In this document: piece after piece, positions 6,843-16,887 of the stretch
Layout of the letters: every line of letters starts with the position of its first letter
Position numbering within the stretch: position 1 is the stretch's first letter
Assembly: GCA_046759445.1 (NCBI GenBank)
Contig: JBHICG010000038.1
Span: 1 to 31,782, forward strand
DNA length: 31,782 bases
Reading direction: 5' to 3'
Origin: Candidatus Scalinduaceae bacterium
GTDB taxonomy: Bacteria; Planctomycetota; Brocadiia; Brocadiales; Scalinduaceae
Notes under the pieces: generated by a model
What the model saw: the letters and a program-made list of their open reading frames with translations, nothing else
Told to the model about the DNA's origin: nothing
The model's database searches: none
Translations under genes and position numbers: made by a program

Positions 6843-9800
6843 CTATATTTGCACTTCCCTGCCTCGATCCACTGCCTGGCAAAGTATGGCAAATTTATCC
6901 AGGGCCGACGTGCATGCATCGTTATCTTTCGCCTTTGCCGCACCCTCAAGTATCGTTGCCGCCTCGGTCAACATCGGATATCCGTAGCTTCCACCTGCCC
7001 CCTTCATCTGGTGTGAAAGCCGACGAAGACCGTCATAGTCACCATGTTCTAATGCTAGACGCATAGCCTTTATATCATCTCCCAGCCCGGCAGCAAACTC
7101 ATCGATGAGTTCTACCAGGTCTAAATCGTCTGTATACTCCGAGTAAATAACCTCTGGCGCCTCCTGTTTTGCCGTTTCTGTATCCGTCACTACGGATAGT
7201 GAAGATTGTTGAGATTTATGTTCCTTGCCGTTATGGAGGCATCTCTCGATCACATCGGCAAGTTCCCGTACGTTAATAGGCTTGGTAACATAATCATCCA
7301 TACCAGCCTCAAGACACTTCTCACGGTCACCCCTCATGGTATTGGCAGTCATGGCTATTATGGGAATCCTATGATTCCTGACTGTTGAATTCTCATTTCG
7401 TATCGTGCGCGTAGCCTCATAACCGTCCATCTCCGGCATCTGGCAGTCCATCAGTACCAGGTCGTAATCCAATCTCTCCAGCGATTCGATGGCCTCCTTG
7501 CCGTTGGTAACTACATCAGCATGATATCCAAGTTTTTTGTCCAAAATGCGTAAGGCGATCTTCTGATTGATGATGTTGTCCTCAGCCACGAGGATGCGAA
7601 TACGTCTCTTGTGATCCTCGGATATAGAATGTCGCGTGACAATCTGTCTGGAAGTATCTTTCCCTGTACTTGCAGATTTCCCGGTAACAATCCTGAGACA
7701 ATCAAACAATTGCGACTGCTTAAGCGGCTTGACCAGATACGCCGCAAAACCCATCCTTCTAAAATGACTGGCATCTCCTCGCTTGCCAACGGAAGTCAGC
7801 ATTACAAGAATCAGGTCTTTAAGTTGGGGATCTTCCTTGATTTCCTTGCTAAGTGATTCTCCATCCACCTCCGGCATACAATAGTCAAGCAAGGCAATCT
7901 TAAATGGATCGCCTTCGTTAACGGCATCACGAAGTTTCTTCATAGCTTCCTCGGCCGAGCCGGCCTCTTTAACCCGGCAATGCCAGGATTCGAGGTATGC
8001 TCTAAAGATGTGAAGATTTGTACTGTTGTCGTCAACAACAAGCACTCGCATATTCTCTATATCACCTAATTCAATTGGAACCTGTTGCTGGCCAGAAGGC
8101 TGTTTTTCCAGCACTACCGTAAACCAGAAGGTTGATCCCTTGCCCTCTTCGCTTTCGACATCAATCACACCCCCCATTAACTCGACAATCTGTTTGGAAA
8201 TCGCAAGCCCCAGACCGGTGCCACCGTACTTTCTGGTGGTAGAGGTATCTACCTGAGAGAATGATTGGAACAGCCGATTCATACGGTCGGCAGGGATGCC
8301 AATGCCCGTATCTCTAACAGCAAACCGCAGAGTGGCGTGTGAATCAGTTTCTCTGGCCAGACTTATGCTGATGGCAACCTCGCCATCCTTTGTGAATTTT
8401 ATGGCGTTGCTAATAAGGTTAATCAACACCTGTCGCAACTTACCAGGGTCGCCGCGTAAAAGAGGTGGAACTTCAGGATCAATAAAGTACGTAAGCTCCA
8501 AGCCCTTCTCACTTGTCTTGAAGGTGAAGATATCTATGATGCTATCCACCGAGATGCGGAGATCGAAGTCTATCTTCTCCAGCTCCAGTTTCCCGGCTTC
8601 TATCTTGGAGAAATCCAGTATATCATTAATAATAGTGAGCAAAGAGTAAGCGCTCTCACGAACTGTGCTTGTGTATTCATACTGTTCCCGGTTCAATTCT
8701 GTATCCATCAGCAGATTCGTCATGCCTATAACACCGTTCATGGGTGTTCGTATCTCATGGCTCATGTTGGCCAGAAACTCACTCTTGGCTGTGTTAGCAA
8801 CTTCGGCATCCTCTTTTGCAAGCTTCAGTTCATTCTCTGACTGCTTACGGGCTATCGCATCAGCCAGTAGGTTAGCTACAGCCTGAAGGAAGTTGATGTC
8901 ATCTTGGCCAAAGGTCTTGCTATGGGTTGCATGCGTACCCAACACACCCCATGGGCCTTTTTTACCCTGAATAATCACGCTCATTCCACTAACTACACCA
9001 TGGTCATGTAGCAGTGGTGGTCCAGAAAATCGCTTTTCAGTGCTCAGGTCTTCTACAATTACGGGTTTGTTTGACTTCAACGTATAGCCTGCCTGTGAAT
9101 CCAATCTTGTGGGGACAGTAGTCTGTCCTACAAGACCTTCCTTCCAGCCAACACCCGCCCGTAATAGCAAGGCCTTGCCGTCAGGCACCAGCTCGAGAAT
9201 TTTGCAGTATTTGTTATCCAGTATAGCTGCAATGTTCCTTACTACATCGTTCATTAAGGTCGTTAGGTCTCCACCTGATAGGGCCTTATGTCCTAGATTA
9301 ACCACAATATCCTGTTGACGAGCATGTATTTTCAATGCTTTCTCAGTTCGCTTGCGCTCGGTGATGTCTTCTTTGACTGCAATGAAATGTGTGATCTTTC
9401 CATCCTGATTCTTTATTGGAGAAATGGAGGCATACTCCCAATAAAGTTGGCCGTTCTTTTTCTTATTATGAAATTCTCCCACCCATTCATTACCAGAAGT
9501 AATGGTATCCCAAAGCTCCCTGTATTCTTCAGAGGTTTTGTCATCTGATTTTAGTACTCTTGGGTTTTTCCCTATGACTTCTTCGTATGTGTAACCTGTT
9601 GTTTGCATAAATTTTTTGTTAACATATTCGATATTACCTTTGGTATCCGTAATAACTACAGAAACCGGGCTTTGTTCAATGGCTCTGGATAATTTACGGA
9701 TTTCTTCTCCCCTTTTTTCCCTTTCAGTTATATCCCTTATGATAGACATAAAAGTGTATCGATCCTCACTATCCTTTTGAAAGGATAAAGACATTTCTAT

Positions 9801-12101
9801 TGGTATTTCAACCCCTTTTTTCGTTATTCCATAAATTTTTACTGTTTTACCTATAATTCTAGTTTCATGTGTCTTTAAAAACCGCTCCAGTCCCTCTTTA
9901 TGCTGCTTCCTATATCTTTCAGGAATAATGGTTGTTATCGGTTGTCCTATGATTTCACTTTTTGTATATCCAAAGGTATCTTCTGCTAATTTGTTCCAGA
10001 CATTAACTATACCTTTTTCATCAATGCTGATAATTGCATCTTGTGCATTTTCTATAAGTTTCCGATATCCTTCTTCAGATTTTCCTTGTAACACCTCTGC
10101 CCGCTTGCGGTTTGTGATTTCACTTGTAAGCCCATCGGCCATTTTGTTAAAGTTGGTAGCTAGGATGCCTATCTCATTTCTTGACTTAATTTCAGCCCTT
10201 AAAGACAACTCCCCATCGGCTATATTTTGCGTAATCTTGGTCAATCCCAAAATGGGTTTTAAAACTCGATTCCTTGACCACCAAATGAAAAAAATGAAAG
10301 CAAAAAATGTAAAACCAATAATAATGTAACTTATCTGCATGTTTCTTTTTGCAGTAGAATCTATCGCTAACATTACAGTATTTGCCTCTTCACCAGCAAT
10401 ATTCGAGATAGCTAATCCTGTATTGATAGCCTTTGTTGCTGCATCGAACCAAGCTGAAGCGCTTACTGGATACTCCACTCCTTTGCCTCGTTTAATAATA
10501 ACCCAGAATTTGTCGTTGTCAGACTCAAAATTGAGGAATAATGGTTTATAAACAATCACTCTTCCTGAAACTAAACGTACACTCCCTACTTTCCCTGAAA
10601 GTATCTGTTCTGCTACATCGGGATAGTCTTGTCTTATATTATGATGAGATTTGTTGAGCAACTCCATCATTCCCCATTCTTTCACTTCATCTGGATGATG
10701 GATGTAAAACCCATCTTGATTAGCTAAAATATAGTCTCCTTTTTCTTCCTTCTCTATGACTTTATGCAAAAATAACGGAGTATTTGTCAGTAAGTTAAAG
10801 ACGATAATGCCGGCTTGCTTTCCATCCACAAAAACTGATGTTGCAAAGCGAATAACAGGTTTATGAGGAATTTCGGTTTTTCCATGCTCTATGTTAAGGT
10901 CGAGCGGAGAAGTATATATTCTCCCTGGTGGTAGGTTTATGGATTCTTGGAAATAATATCTGTTACTTTTATTCTGTAATTGTGTTCCGCGAATTATTTT
11001 GGTGGTCTCACCATCAAAATCAACACGCACACGCTCATACCCGAAATTATCCAAAAACCGAATCTGCGCATAGACCCTTTTTAATTGAGAAAATGTGCTA
11101 AGCAAATTTTCCACAGAAATTAGCCATTCAGATAAATGAAAATCTTCCTCAGCCTGCCAGGCTCTAGCCAATGTTATTACACTTTTATGTTTGCTTATAT
11201 TCAACAAATCATTGAATATTCCAGATAAATAATTTTGAAAAATCATACTTTTTTTTGTGATTTGCTCTTCTGCATTCTTTATCTCTTCTTTTTGTCTCTT
11301 GCTCGACGAAAAAACTTCTTCCCTTAAAAGTTGAAATTCAACAATGAATTCCTCTACAAACGTATCAATAGCCTGTTTCATCTGGTTTGAAGTAGATGGC
11401 AACTCTTTCAAAAGCAATACCTGACCAAGAGATTGCACCACTATGGAACGGTAGTTTTTGATACTATTGATGGTATCATTAGTAAAAGGCAATCCTGATG
11501 CAATGGCATTACCCACAAGAGCGCGCTCCCGTCCAGCAAATTCGCATAATCTTGCTATATTGGGACGCAGGACATTGTTCAAATAGAGTATATTTTCTTC
11601 CATTTTTTGCGGGGTAAGGGCAACACTGCGCAAGTTAAATTCGCTATTTATATTATGGGTGGCAATATGGAGCCATTTATCTTTGGAAATGTCATTATTT
11701 GCGATTTTGGAGCGGGTAAGTACTAGAATCTCATATATCTTACGCCATTTTTTTAGTCTTTTTTCAAATGTTTTATCCTTTTTTATACTTAATATTTTTT
11801 TTATGTTTTCTTCAATTTGTAAGACTACGGAATCTCCTTTCTCTGCCATTTCAAGGAATTTTGAGAAGAGGGGAGATGAGTTACCTTTACCACTTCCGAT
11901 TATTGTGGCACCATAACCACGTTCAATTGCCTGCCACCCTGCTGCAATATTCACGTGGCCAGCTATTGCATTTTTTATAACATATTCTTCTGATTGCTTA
12001 CGCGTTTCAAATGATCTTCTTATTGATATTCCTAACAGTACAACAAATACGCATAGTAAAATTGCCGAAACAAGGAAGATTTGGAATTTTAGTGATTTCA
12101 C
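6843..12101 (-). CDS. Membrane-bound hybrid histidine kinase: TM-[NIT-like domain with inserted Cache]-TM-HAMP-PAS-PAS-GAF-HisKA-HATPase-REC-REC-Hpt
   Basis: Two TM segments (aa ~7-26 and ~590-608); HAMP ([13 protein letters not shown]); two PAS domains; [30 protein letters not shown]; two REC domains (LLDYCMP, LMDCQMP); Hpt [12 protein letters not shown] start with GGAG SD. Confidence 0.93.
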   Translation of the reverse strand: MKSLKFQIFLVSAILLCVFVVLLGISIRRSFETRKQSEEYVIKNAIAGHVNIAAGWQAIERGYGATIIGSGKGNSSPLFSKFLEMAEKGDSVVLQIEENIKKILSIKKDKTFEKRLKKWRKIYEILVLTRSKIANNDISKDKWLHIATHNINSEFNLRSVALTPQKMEENILYLNNVLRPNIARLCEFAGRERALVGNAIASGLPFTNDTINSIKNYRSIVVQSLGQVLLLKELPSTSNQMKQAIDTFVEEFIVEFQLLREEVFSSSKRQKEEIKNAEEQITKKSMIFQNYLSGIFNDLLNISKHKSVITLARAWQAEEDFHLSEWLISVENLLSTFSQLKRVYAQIRFLDNFGYERVRVDFDGETTKIIRGTQLQNKSNRYYFQESINLPPGRIYTSPLDLNIEHGKTEIPHKPVIRFATSVFVDGKQAGIIVFNLLTNTPLFLHKVIEKEEKGDYILANQDGFYIHHPDEVKEWGMMELLNKSHHNIRQDYPDVAEQILSGKVGSVRLVSGRVIVYKPLFLNFESDNDKFWVIIKRGKGVEYPVSASAWFDAATKAINTGLAISNIAGEEANTVMLAIDSTAKRNMQISYIIIGFTFFAFIFFIWWSRNRVLKPILGLTKITQNIADGELSLRAEIKSRNEIGILATNFNKMADGLTSEITNRKRAEVLQGKSEEGYRKLIENAQDAIISIDEKGIVNVWNKLAEDTFGYTKSEIIGQPITTIIPERYRKQHKEGLERFLKTHETRIIGKTVKIYGITKKGVEIPIEMSLSFQKDSEDRYTFMSIIRDITEREKRGEEIRKLSRAIEQSPVSVVITDTKGNIEYVNKKFMQTTGYTYEEVIGKNPRVLKSDDKTSEEYRELWDTITSGNEWVGEFHNKKKNGQLYWEYASISPIKNQDGKITHFIAVKEDITERKRTEKALKIHARQQDIVVNLGHKALSGGDLTTLMNDVVRNIAAILDNKYCKILELVPDGKALLLRAGVGWKEGLVGQTTVPTRLDSQAGYTLKSNKPVIVEDLSTEKRFSGPPLLHDHGVVSGMSVIIQGKKGPWGVLGTHATHSKTFGQDDINFLQAVANLLADAIARKQSENELKLAKEDAEVANTAKSEFLANMSHEIRTPMNGVIGMTNLLMDTELNREQYEYTSTVRESAYSLLTIINDILDFSKIEAGKLELEKIDFDLRISVDSIIDIFTFKTSEKGLELTYFIDPEVPPLLRGDPGKLRQVLINLISNAIKFTKDGEVAISISLARETDSHATLRFAVRDTGIGIPADRMNRLFQSFSQVDTSTTRKYGGTGLGLAISKQIVELMGGVIDVESEEGKGSTFWFTVVLEKQPSGQQQVPIELGDIENMRVLVVDDNSTNLHIFRAYLESWHCRVKEAGSAEEAMKKLRDAVNEGDPFKIALLDYCMPEVDGESLSKEIKEDPQLKDLILVMLTSVGKRGDASHFRRMGFAAYLVKPLKQSQLFDCLRIVTGKSASTGKDTSRQIVTRHSISEDHKRRIRILVAEDNIINQKIALRILDKKLGYHADVVTNGKEAIESLERLDYDLVLMDCQMPEMDGYEATRTIRNENSTVRNHRIPIIAMTANTMRGDREKCLEAGMDDYVTKPINVRELADVIERCLHNGKEHKSQQSSLSVVTDTETAKQEAPEVIYSEYTDDLDLVELIDEFAAGLGDDIKAMRLALEHGDYDGLRRLSHQMKGAGGSYGYPMLTEAATILEGAAKAKDNDACTSALDKFAILCQAVDRGREVQI

Positions 12102-12225
12102 TTGCTTTCACTCCATTATCTGATCAGGGTACTTTTCATTGGACACAATCCCCGCATAAAGGTCTGCGAATAGTATATATGTGGCCTTGATAGGCTGTTT
12201 TCCCTCAGCAAAAATACTGTTAATC

Positions 12226-12253
12226 ATTATACTTACATCAAACTATGTGCCAA
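12226..12253 (-). promoter_or_regulatory. Putative promoter of the signalling cluster (sigma70-like, overlapping a sigma54-like box)
   Basis: Minus strand TTGGCA-N16-TATAAT; the same DNA also reads TGGCAC-ATAGT-TTGA (GG-N10-GA). Confidence 0.5.
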
Positions 12254-12780
12254 TTTGTACCAAATGGGACTCTAGACAATGTATTAATATCAATAAGATA
12301 TTGTTTTTTGCGCTATTTCCTTCCTCGTGAAGGAAGATAACAAGGGGTGAGCCTTAATCCAATAGAATTCCACTTGATATTGAGCAATTACCCTTAAGTA
12401 AAAGTTGAGCTACTGTTGAAAAAATGCATTCAATTGTATAAGAAATAAACATTTTTATTATTTAAGGAGATAGAATGGGAAATTCTTGAAAAACTTTATA
12501 AGAAATATACAACTTCAGAGTTGATATTTTCTTAGTCTTACAAACAAAGTAAAAAACATTCGAGGTAAAAATGACTATTTACTCTTTGTTTTAAGTATTT
12601 GAGACCAGGCAGGTAAGGTTGGTCTGTGGGAATTCAGAACAATTCGGTTGAAAGGAGACACGGGAATTGTCTTGCATCGACAATATTGGGGTGAAAAGTT
12701 TTCTGACTACAAAATATTGTATGGCTTAATCACAATAGAAATCTACTGACTAAATATTATCTGTTGCGGAAACACGGTTT

Positions 12781-12845
12781 TGTCACCCTGAACCAGGTAC
12801 TGAACTCGATTCAGGATTAATTTGTATAGATTCTGAAACAAGTTC
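12781..12845. repeat. Degenerate nested GTCA-type palindromic repeat
   Basis: TGTCACCCTGAAC-CAGGTACTGAACTCGATTCAGGA...AGATTCTGAAACAAGTTC. Confidence 0.55.
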
Positions 12846-13031
12846 TATTAGACTATAGTATTATTAGAATATAACTTAATGTGCTTTTTTTAATGCAGGA
12901 GAACGTAATGAAACGGAGTGTAATGGAATTCTCCGGTATGCTTATGCGAATGGACTTTTCCTTTGTTTAGTCCCCACTCGTACTACGCAAATAGAAATAA
13001 AATGGGATGATTATGTTCTCGGTTCACTATT

Positions 13032-13673
13032 TTATGAAAAAATCACTCTTTCGCGTGCGATACGTTTGAGTTCCTGAGTAAACATTTTATTGTCTTTTTC
13101 TTCTGAGGGTAGTTCTTTCTTCTCAGGCTCAGTGCCTTTGCTTACTTTTCCTAAACGACTATTTAGTTTTAATATCTTCCCTGTAACTTGTTCTACATCT
13201 GCAATATCGTCGGACAATTGTTTATTTATTTTTTCAATCTTCTTTTGCAAATTGCCCTTCCCTTTTAATTCTGCAAGCTTCTTTCGTGCGTTTTTTATCT
13301 CCTTTATTTCTTTGCTGTGAGATTTTTCAGTTTTTTTTGGGTTCATATCAGCTTCTATGTCACGAATCTCTTTGTCTAACTGCTGTTGGAATGCTTCAAT
13401 TTCTGAAGTCGAATGTTTTCCCATTTCACGGATACTGTTTTCAAGACATTCATTCATCTGGTTAAGCCTGGCACGAAGTTGTTCTATTTTAGCGAGATAG
13501 CGTTTAATAGAAGCGATATAGCGCTTTTGTTTCTGGAAAGATTTGGAATTAACAAGCTTGTCTTTCCATATTCGAATAGCATTAATATGTCTTTCTATTT
13601 CTTTTCTTGTTGTATTCTTTTGAGTAATATCATGTTTTAGCTTCCTTACAATAGTTGTGTTTGTGTTCACCAT
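13032..13673 (-). CDS. Hypothetical Lys/Glu-rich coiled-coil protein
   Basis: 213-aa ORF with a strong SD (GGAGG 7 nt before ATG) and heptad-like charged helices; no recognised motif. Confidence 0.75.
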   Translation of the reverse strand: MVNTNTTIVRKLKHDITQKNTTRKEIERHINAIRIWKDKLVNSKSFQKQKRYIASIKRYLAKIEQLRARLNQMNECLENSIREMGKHSTSEIEAFQQQLDKEIRDIEADMNPKKTEKSHSKEIKEIKNARKKLAELKGKGNLQKKIEKINKQLSDDIADVEQVTGKILKLNSRLGKVSKGTEPEKKELPSEEKDNKMFTQELKRIARERVIFS

Positions 13674-13723
13674 CTCTTATCCTCCATTTCTGAACTAAGA
13701 TTAGTTTTAAATTATTTGTTTAA

Positions 13724-13871
13724 CCTAAATTGAGCGATTTTGTAGCCGCAACCTTGAGGTTGCGTAACTTACGTGGATCCATCAAATGATGAGAAACGCA
13801 GGCGGTCAATCTTAAGATTGCCTTAAGCCAGCGGCTACAATATCATATAATATAAAATCGCTCAATTTAGG
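13724..13871. mobile_element. 148-bp MITE-like element with 18-bp terminal inverted repeats and flanking TTAA, enclosing a REP doublet
   Basis: CCTAAATTGAGCGATTTT (13724-13741) and its perfect reverse complement (13854-13871); TTAA on both sides (13720-13723, 13872-13875); internal GTAGCCGC...GCGGCTAC. Confidence 0.75.
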
Positions 13872-13948
13872 TTAAATAAACTTTTTAAGTACATTAGACT
13901 TCACACTTTCGAGAAACTTATAAATTCGTGCATATTTAAGGCTATCTT

Positions 13949-14398
13949 TTAAATCAACTCTATATCATCCGAACCCATGAGGCGTTCACAATAGTGACAT
14001 CTTATCTTTATGGGGTTTTTATTAATTACATGAAATCTGCTTTGTATACTCTGATGATTGCTAACACAATTTGGATTAAAACATTTTACAATTCCTTCGA
14101 TAGAGTCAGGAATAGCAACTTTAAATTTTCTAACAACTTCAGAATCCTTGATAATGTTCAGAGTAGCATCTGGAGCAATTAATGCAATCTTATTTGCTTC
14201 CTCTTGTGTTAGAAGTTTGCCACCAATTTTTATAATACCTTTTTTGCCTAACTTCTCACTCGATAAATTAACTCCGACAAGTACAACTTTATCAATATTT
14301 TGAATATTCAAGATATTTGCCACTTTGAATGTACTCTTGCTTGCAATCTGGTCAATAACGGTTCCTTCTTCAATTGCCGAAACCTCAAGTTTTTTCAT
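13949..14398 (-). CDS. pyrI: Aspartate carbamoyltransferase regulatory subunit
   Basis: LEVSAIEEGTVIDQI, KKGIIKI, zinc ligands CFNPNC...CHYCE; ATGA overlap with pyrB. Confidence 0.96.
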   Translation of the reverse strand: MKKLEVSAIEEGTVIDQIASKSTFKVANILNIQNIDKVVLVGVNLSSEKLGKKGIIKIGGKLLTQEEANKIALIAPDATLNIIKDSEVVRKFKVAIPDSIEGIVKCFNPNCVSNHQSIQSRFHVINKNPIKIRCHYCERLMGSDDIELI

Positions 14399-15321
14399 TG
14401 TATGGCACCTAATACTGCAGCTAAAAGCGCTTCTCTTACTGGAATACCACTATGTGCTTGCTGAAAATACATTGCATAAGTTGTAGTATCCAGACTTTCG
14501 TCCATCTCCTCTACTCTGGGAAGTGGATGGAGTATTTTGAGGTCCTTTTTAATCCTTAGATCATCTAGTATGGACTTGCTGAGCTTGTAAACACCCCTTA
14601 CCTTTTCATACTCTACTGGGTCTGCAAAGCGCTCCTTTTGTATCCTTGTACAATAAAGGATATCGAGTTCTTCGATTATTTCAAATATAGAATCTGCCTC
14701 GTGATAAGAAATACCTCTCATTTCTAATTCCTCTAGATAGTCTTTAGGAATCCTGAGACTTGGCGGCGAAATAAAGTGCATCTTAGCATTAAAAAGAGCA
14801 AGGGCATAAACCAAGGAGTGTGCAGTTCTGCCATATTTTAAATCTCCCAAAAAACCAACCGATAAATTTTCAAGTGTACCTTTAGCATTTTTTATAGTAT
14901 AAAGGTCTAAAAATGTTTGAGTAGGATGCTGACTTGATCCATCGCCGGCATTGATTACGGGTATATTTATGGAGTCAGAGGTAAGACGAGATGCTCCTTC
15001 GAGGAAATGCCTTAAGACAATAATATCACAATAACCTTCAATAATTTTAACAGAATCCCTCAATGACTCCCCTTTCACAGTAGATGTCGTATCAAGATCG
15101 TCAAACCCGATAACCTCTCCACCAAGACGTTTCATTGCTGCTTCAAAACTTAATCTCGTACGTGTGGAAGGTTCAAAAAACAAATTGGCGAGAACCATAC
15201 CCCTTAATATGTTAGGATGGCTTTCTCCCTCCATCCTCTGTGATAAGTCTAAAACGTATGAAATTTCTTCCTTTGTGAAGTCTAAGATTGAAATGATGCT
15301 CTTATTTTTTAAACTTACCAT
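14395..15321 (-). CDS. pyrB: Aspartate carbamoyltransferase catalytic subunit
   Basis: FFEPSTRTRLSF, KGESL, NAGDG..HPTQ, GDLKYGRT, TRIQKER and HPLPR motifs. Confidence 0.97.
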   Translation of the reverse strand: MVSLKNKSIISILDFTKEEISYVLDLSQRMEGESHPNILRGMVLANLFFEPSTRTRLSFEAAMKRLGGEVIGFDDLDTTSTVKGESLRDSVKIIEGYCDIIVLRHFLEGASRLTSDSINIPVINAGDGSSQHPTQTFLDLYTIKNAKGTLENLSVGFLGDLKYGRTAHSLVYALALFNAKMHFISPPSLRIPKDYLEELEMRGISYHEADSIFEIIEELDILYCTRIQKERFADPVEYEKVRGVYKLSKSILDDLRIKKDLKILHPLPRVEEMDESLDTTTYAMYFQQAHSGIPVREALLAAVLGAIQ

Positions 15322-15409
15322 GACTATTCTTAGCCAAATTTTCTTTTGTTTTTAAAATTTTCCAAGTGACATAACACTACATGCACTTATCTGCCAAAAT
15401 AGCATTAAG

Positions 15410-15438
15410 ATAATATCAAAGAGTCTTTGTTATGACAA
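15410..15438 (-). promoter_or_regulatory. Putative sigma70 promoter for pyrBI
   Basis: Minus strand TTGTCA-N17-TATTAT. Confidence 0.5.
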
Positions 15439-15502
15439 GGAAAAAACACCCATCAAAGTTGTAACAAGTAGTAATCTTATAATAACTTACATCCAAATTT
15501 TA

Positions 15503-15531
15503 TTGATATAATTCTGAGCGTCTGTTATATT
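15503..15531 (+). promoter_or_regulatory. Putative sigma70 promoter for hom
   Basis: TTGATA-N17-TATATT with a TGn extended -10. Confidence 0.5.
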
Positions 15532-15572
15532 GTGTTTTATTTTCTGAAACATAGTAATTTGAGATCCCAAAA

Positions 15573-16877
15573 ATGAAGACAATTTATGTAGGTATAATTG
15601 GGTTTGGTACTGTTGGTTCAGGCATTGTAAAGATACTTTTAGAAAACCCTTCTAGGTTTGCAGAAAAGTTAGATAGGAGGATTGTTTTACGGGGTATTGC
15701 AGATAGGGCTATAGACAAAAAGAAACAGTTAACATTGCCTTCTGATATAATCCTCACCAATGATGTAGATGAGATACTAAATAATCCAGACATAGACATA
15801 GTGGTGGAGTTGATAGGCGGTATCCATCCCGCAAAGGAAATAATCATAAAAGGTCTTGAGAAAGGTAAAGACATTATTACTGCTAACAAAGCGCTTTTGG
15901 CGCTTCATGGTTCAGAGCTTTTTAGAATTGCGCATAAAAGCGGTAAAAGTATTTCATTTGAGGCAAGCGTAGGTGGTTGTATACCGGTAATATCTGCACT
16001 CAGAGACAGCTTTATTGCAAACGAAATAGAATGCATCTTTGGCATAGTGAACGGAACTACAAACTATGTACTAACAAAGATGACTAAGGAACACATAAGA
16101 TATGGCGAAGCCTTAATAGATGCACAAAAAAAGGGTTATGCAGAAAAGGATCCATCAACTGATGTTGATGGAATAGATTCTGCGCATAAACTTGCTATCC
16201 TTGCAAGGATGGGATTTAATTGTGATTTTGATTATGATGATATTTATGTTGAGGGTATTACTGATGTGGAGCTTAAGGATATATATTATGCTCACGAGTT
16301 GGGTTATACTCTAAAATTATTAGCTATTTCTAAGAAAAGGAATGACGGACTGGAACTTAGAGTGAATCCTACTTTATTACCTCACGAACACGCTTTATCC
16401 TCCGTAAGCGGCGTGTTTAATGCTATATGCATTCGCGGAAATGCGATTGGTGAGACAGTTCTTTATGGACAGGGAGCGGGGCAAATGCCAACAGCAAGTG
16501 CGGTTGCATCCGATGTGGTTGATGTAGCTTTAGGGAGAGCAAAATTAACGTTTGATTCAATCAAACCGCTCTCGGGGAATTGTGAAAGAATTAACGTCCT
16601 TGATATATCAATGATAAAGACACGTTACTACCTGAGATTTTCTGTTATTGACAAACCTGGCGTTCTGGCGAAGATAACAAGCATACTTGGAAATCATAAT
16701 ATTAGTATAGCATCAGTCATACAAAAGGAAGCAAAAGAAAATGAGTTGGTGCCTCTTGTAATGATGACACATCTGGCGGAAGAAGGGAATTTACAAAAAG
16801 CCATCCTGGAAATTAACAATCTGGATGTTGTAAAAGATAAAACAAAGTTTCTTAGAGTAGAAGAGCAGAAGCCTTAG
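15573..16877 (+). CDS. hom: Homoserine dehydrogenase with C-terminal ACT domain
   Basis: GFGTVGSG, ITANKAL, FEASVGGCIP, NGTTNY, GYAEKDP..DVDGIDSAHK; ACT motif DKPGVLAKI. Confidence 0.96.
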   Translation: MKTIYVGIIGFGTVGSGIVKILLENPSRFAEKLDRRIVLRGIADRAIDKKKQLTLPSDIILTNDVDEILNNPDIDIVVELIGGIHPAKEIIIKGLEKGKDIITANKALLALHGSELFRIAHKSGKSISFEASVGGCIPVISALRDSFIANEIECIFGIVNGTTNYVLTKMTKEHIRYGEALIDAQKKGYAEKDPSTDVDGIDSAHKLAILARMGFNCDFDYDDIYVEGITDVELKDIYYAHELGYTLKLLAISKKRNDGLELRVNPTLLPHEHALSSVSGVFNAICIRGNAIGETVLYGQGAGQMPTASAVASDVVDVALGRAKLTFDSIKPLSGNCERINVLDISMIKTRYYLRFSVIDKPGVLAKITSILGNHNISIASVIQKEAKENELVPLVMMTHLAEEGNLQKAILEINNLDVVKDKTKFLRVEEQKP

Positions 16878-16887
16878 TTTAATAATA

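Noticed and set aside
12102..12225. c-di-GMP or other riboswitch in the kinase leader
   Set aside because: No recognisable c-di-GMP-I/II core motifs or expression-platform terminator by eye; an Infernal search would be needed.
12600..12750. 48-codon open stretch on the + strand (DQAGKVGLWEFR...IEIY) and a small AGACCA/TGGTCT inverted repeat
   Set aside because: No convincing start or SD and no recognisable homology.
12898..12934. GGAGAA...TTCTCC hairpin with a GAAACGGAGTGTAATG core
   Set aside because: Probably another decayed palindromic repeat, but single-copy in the window and too weak to call.
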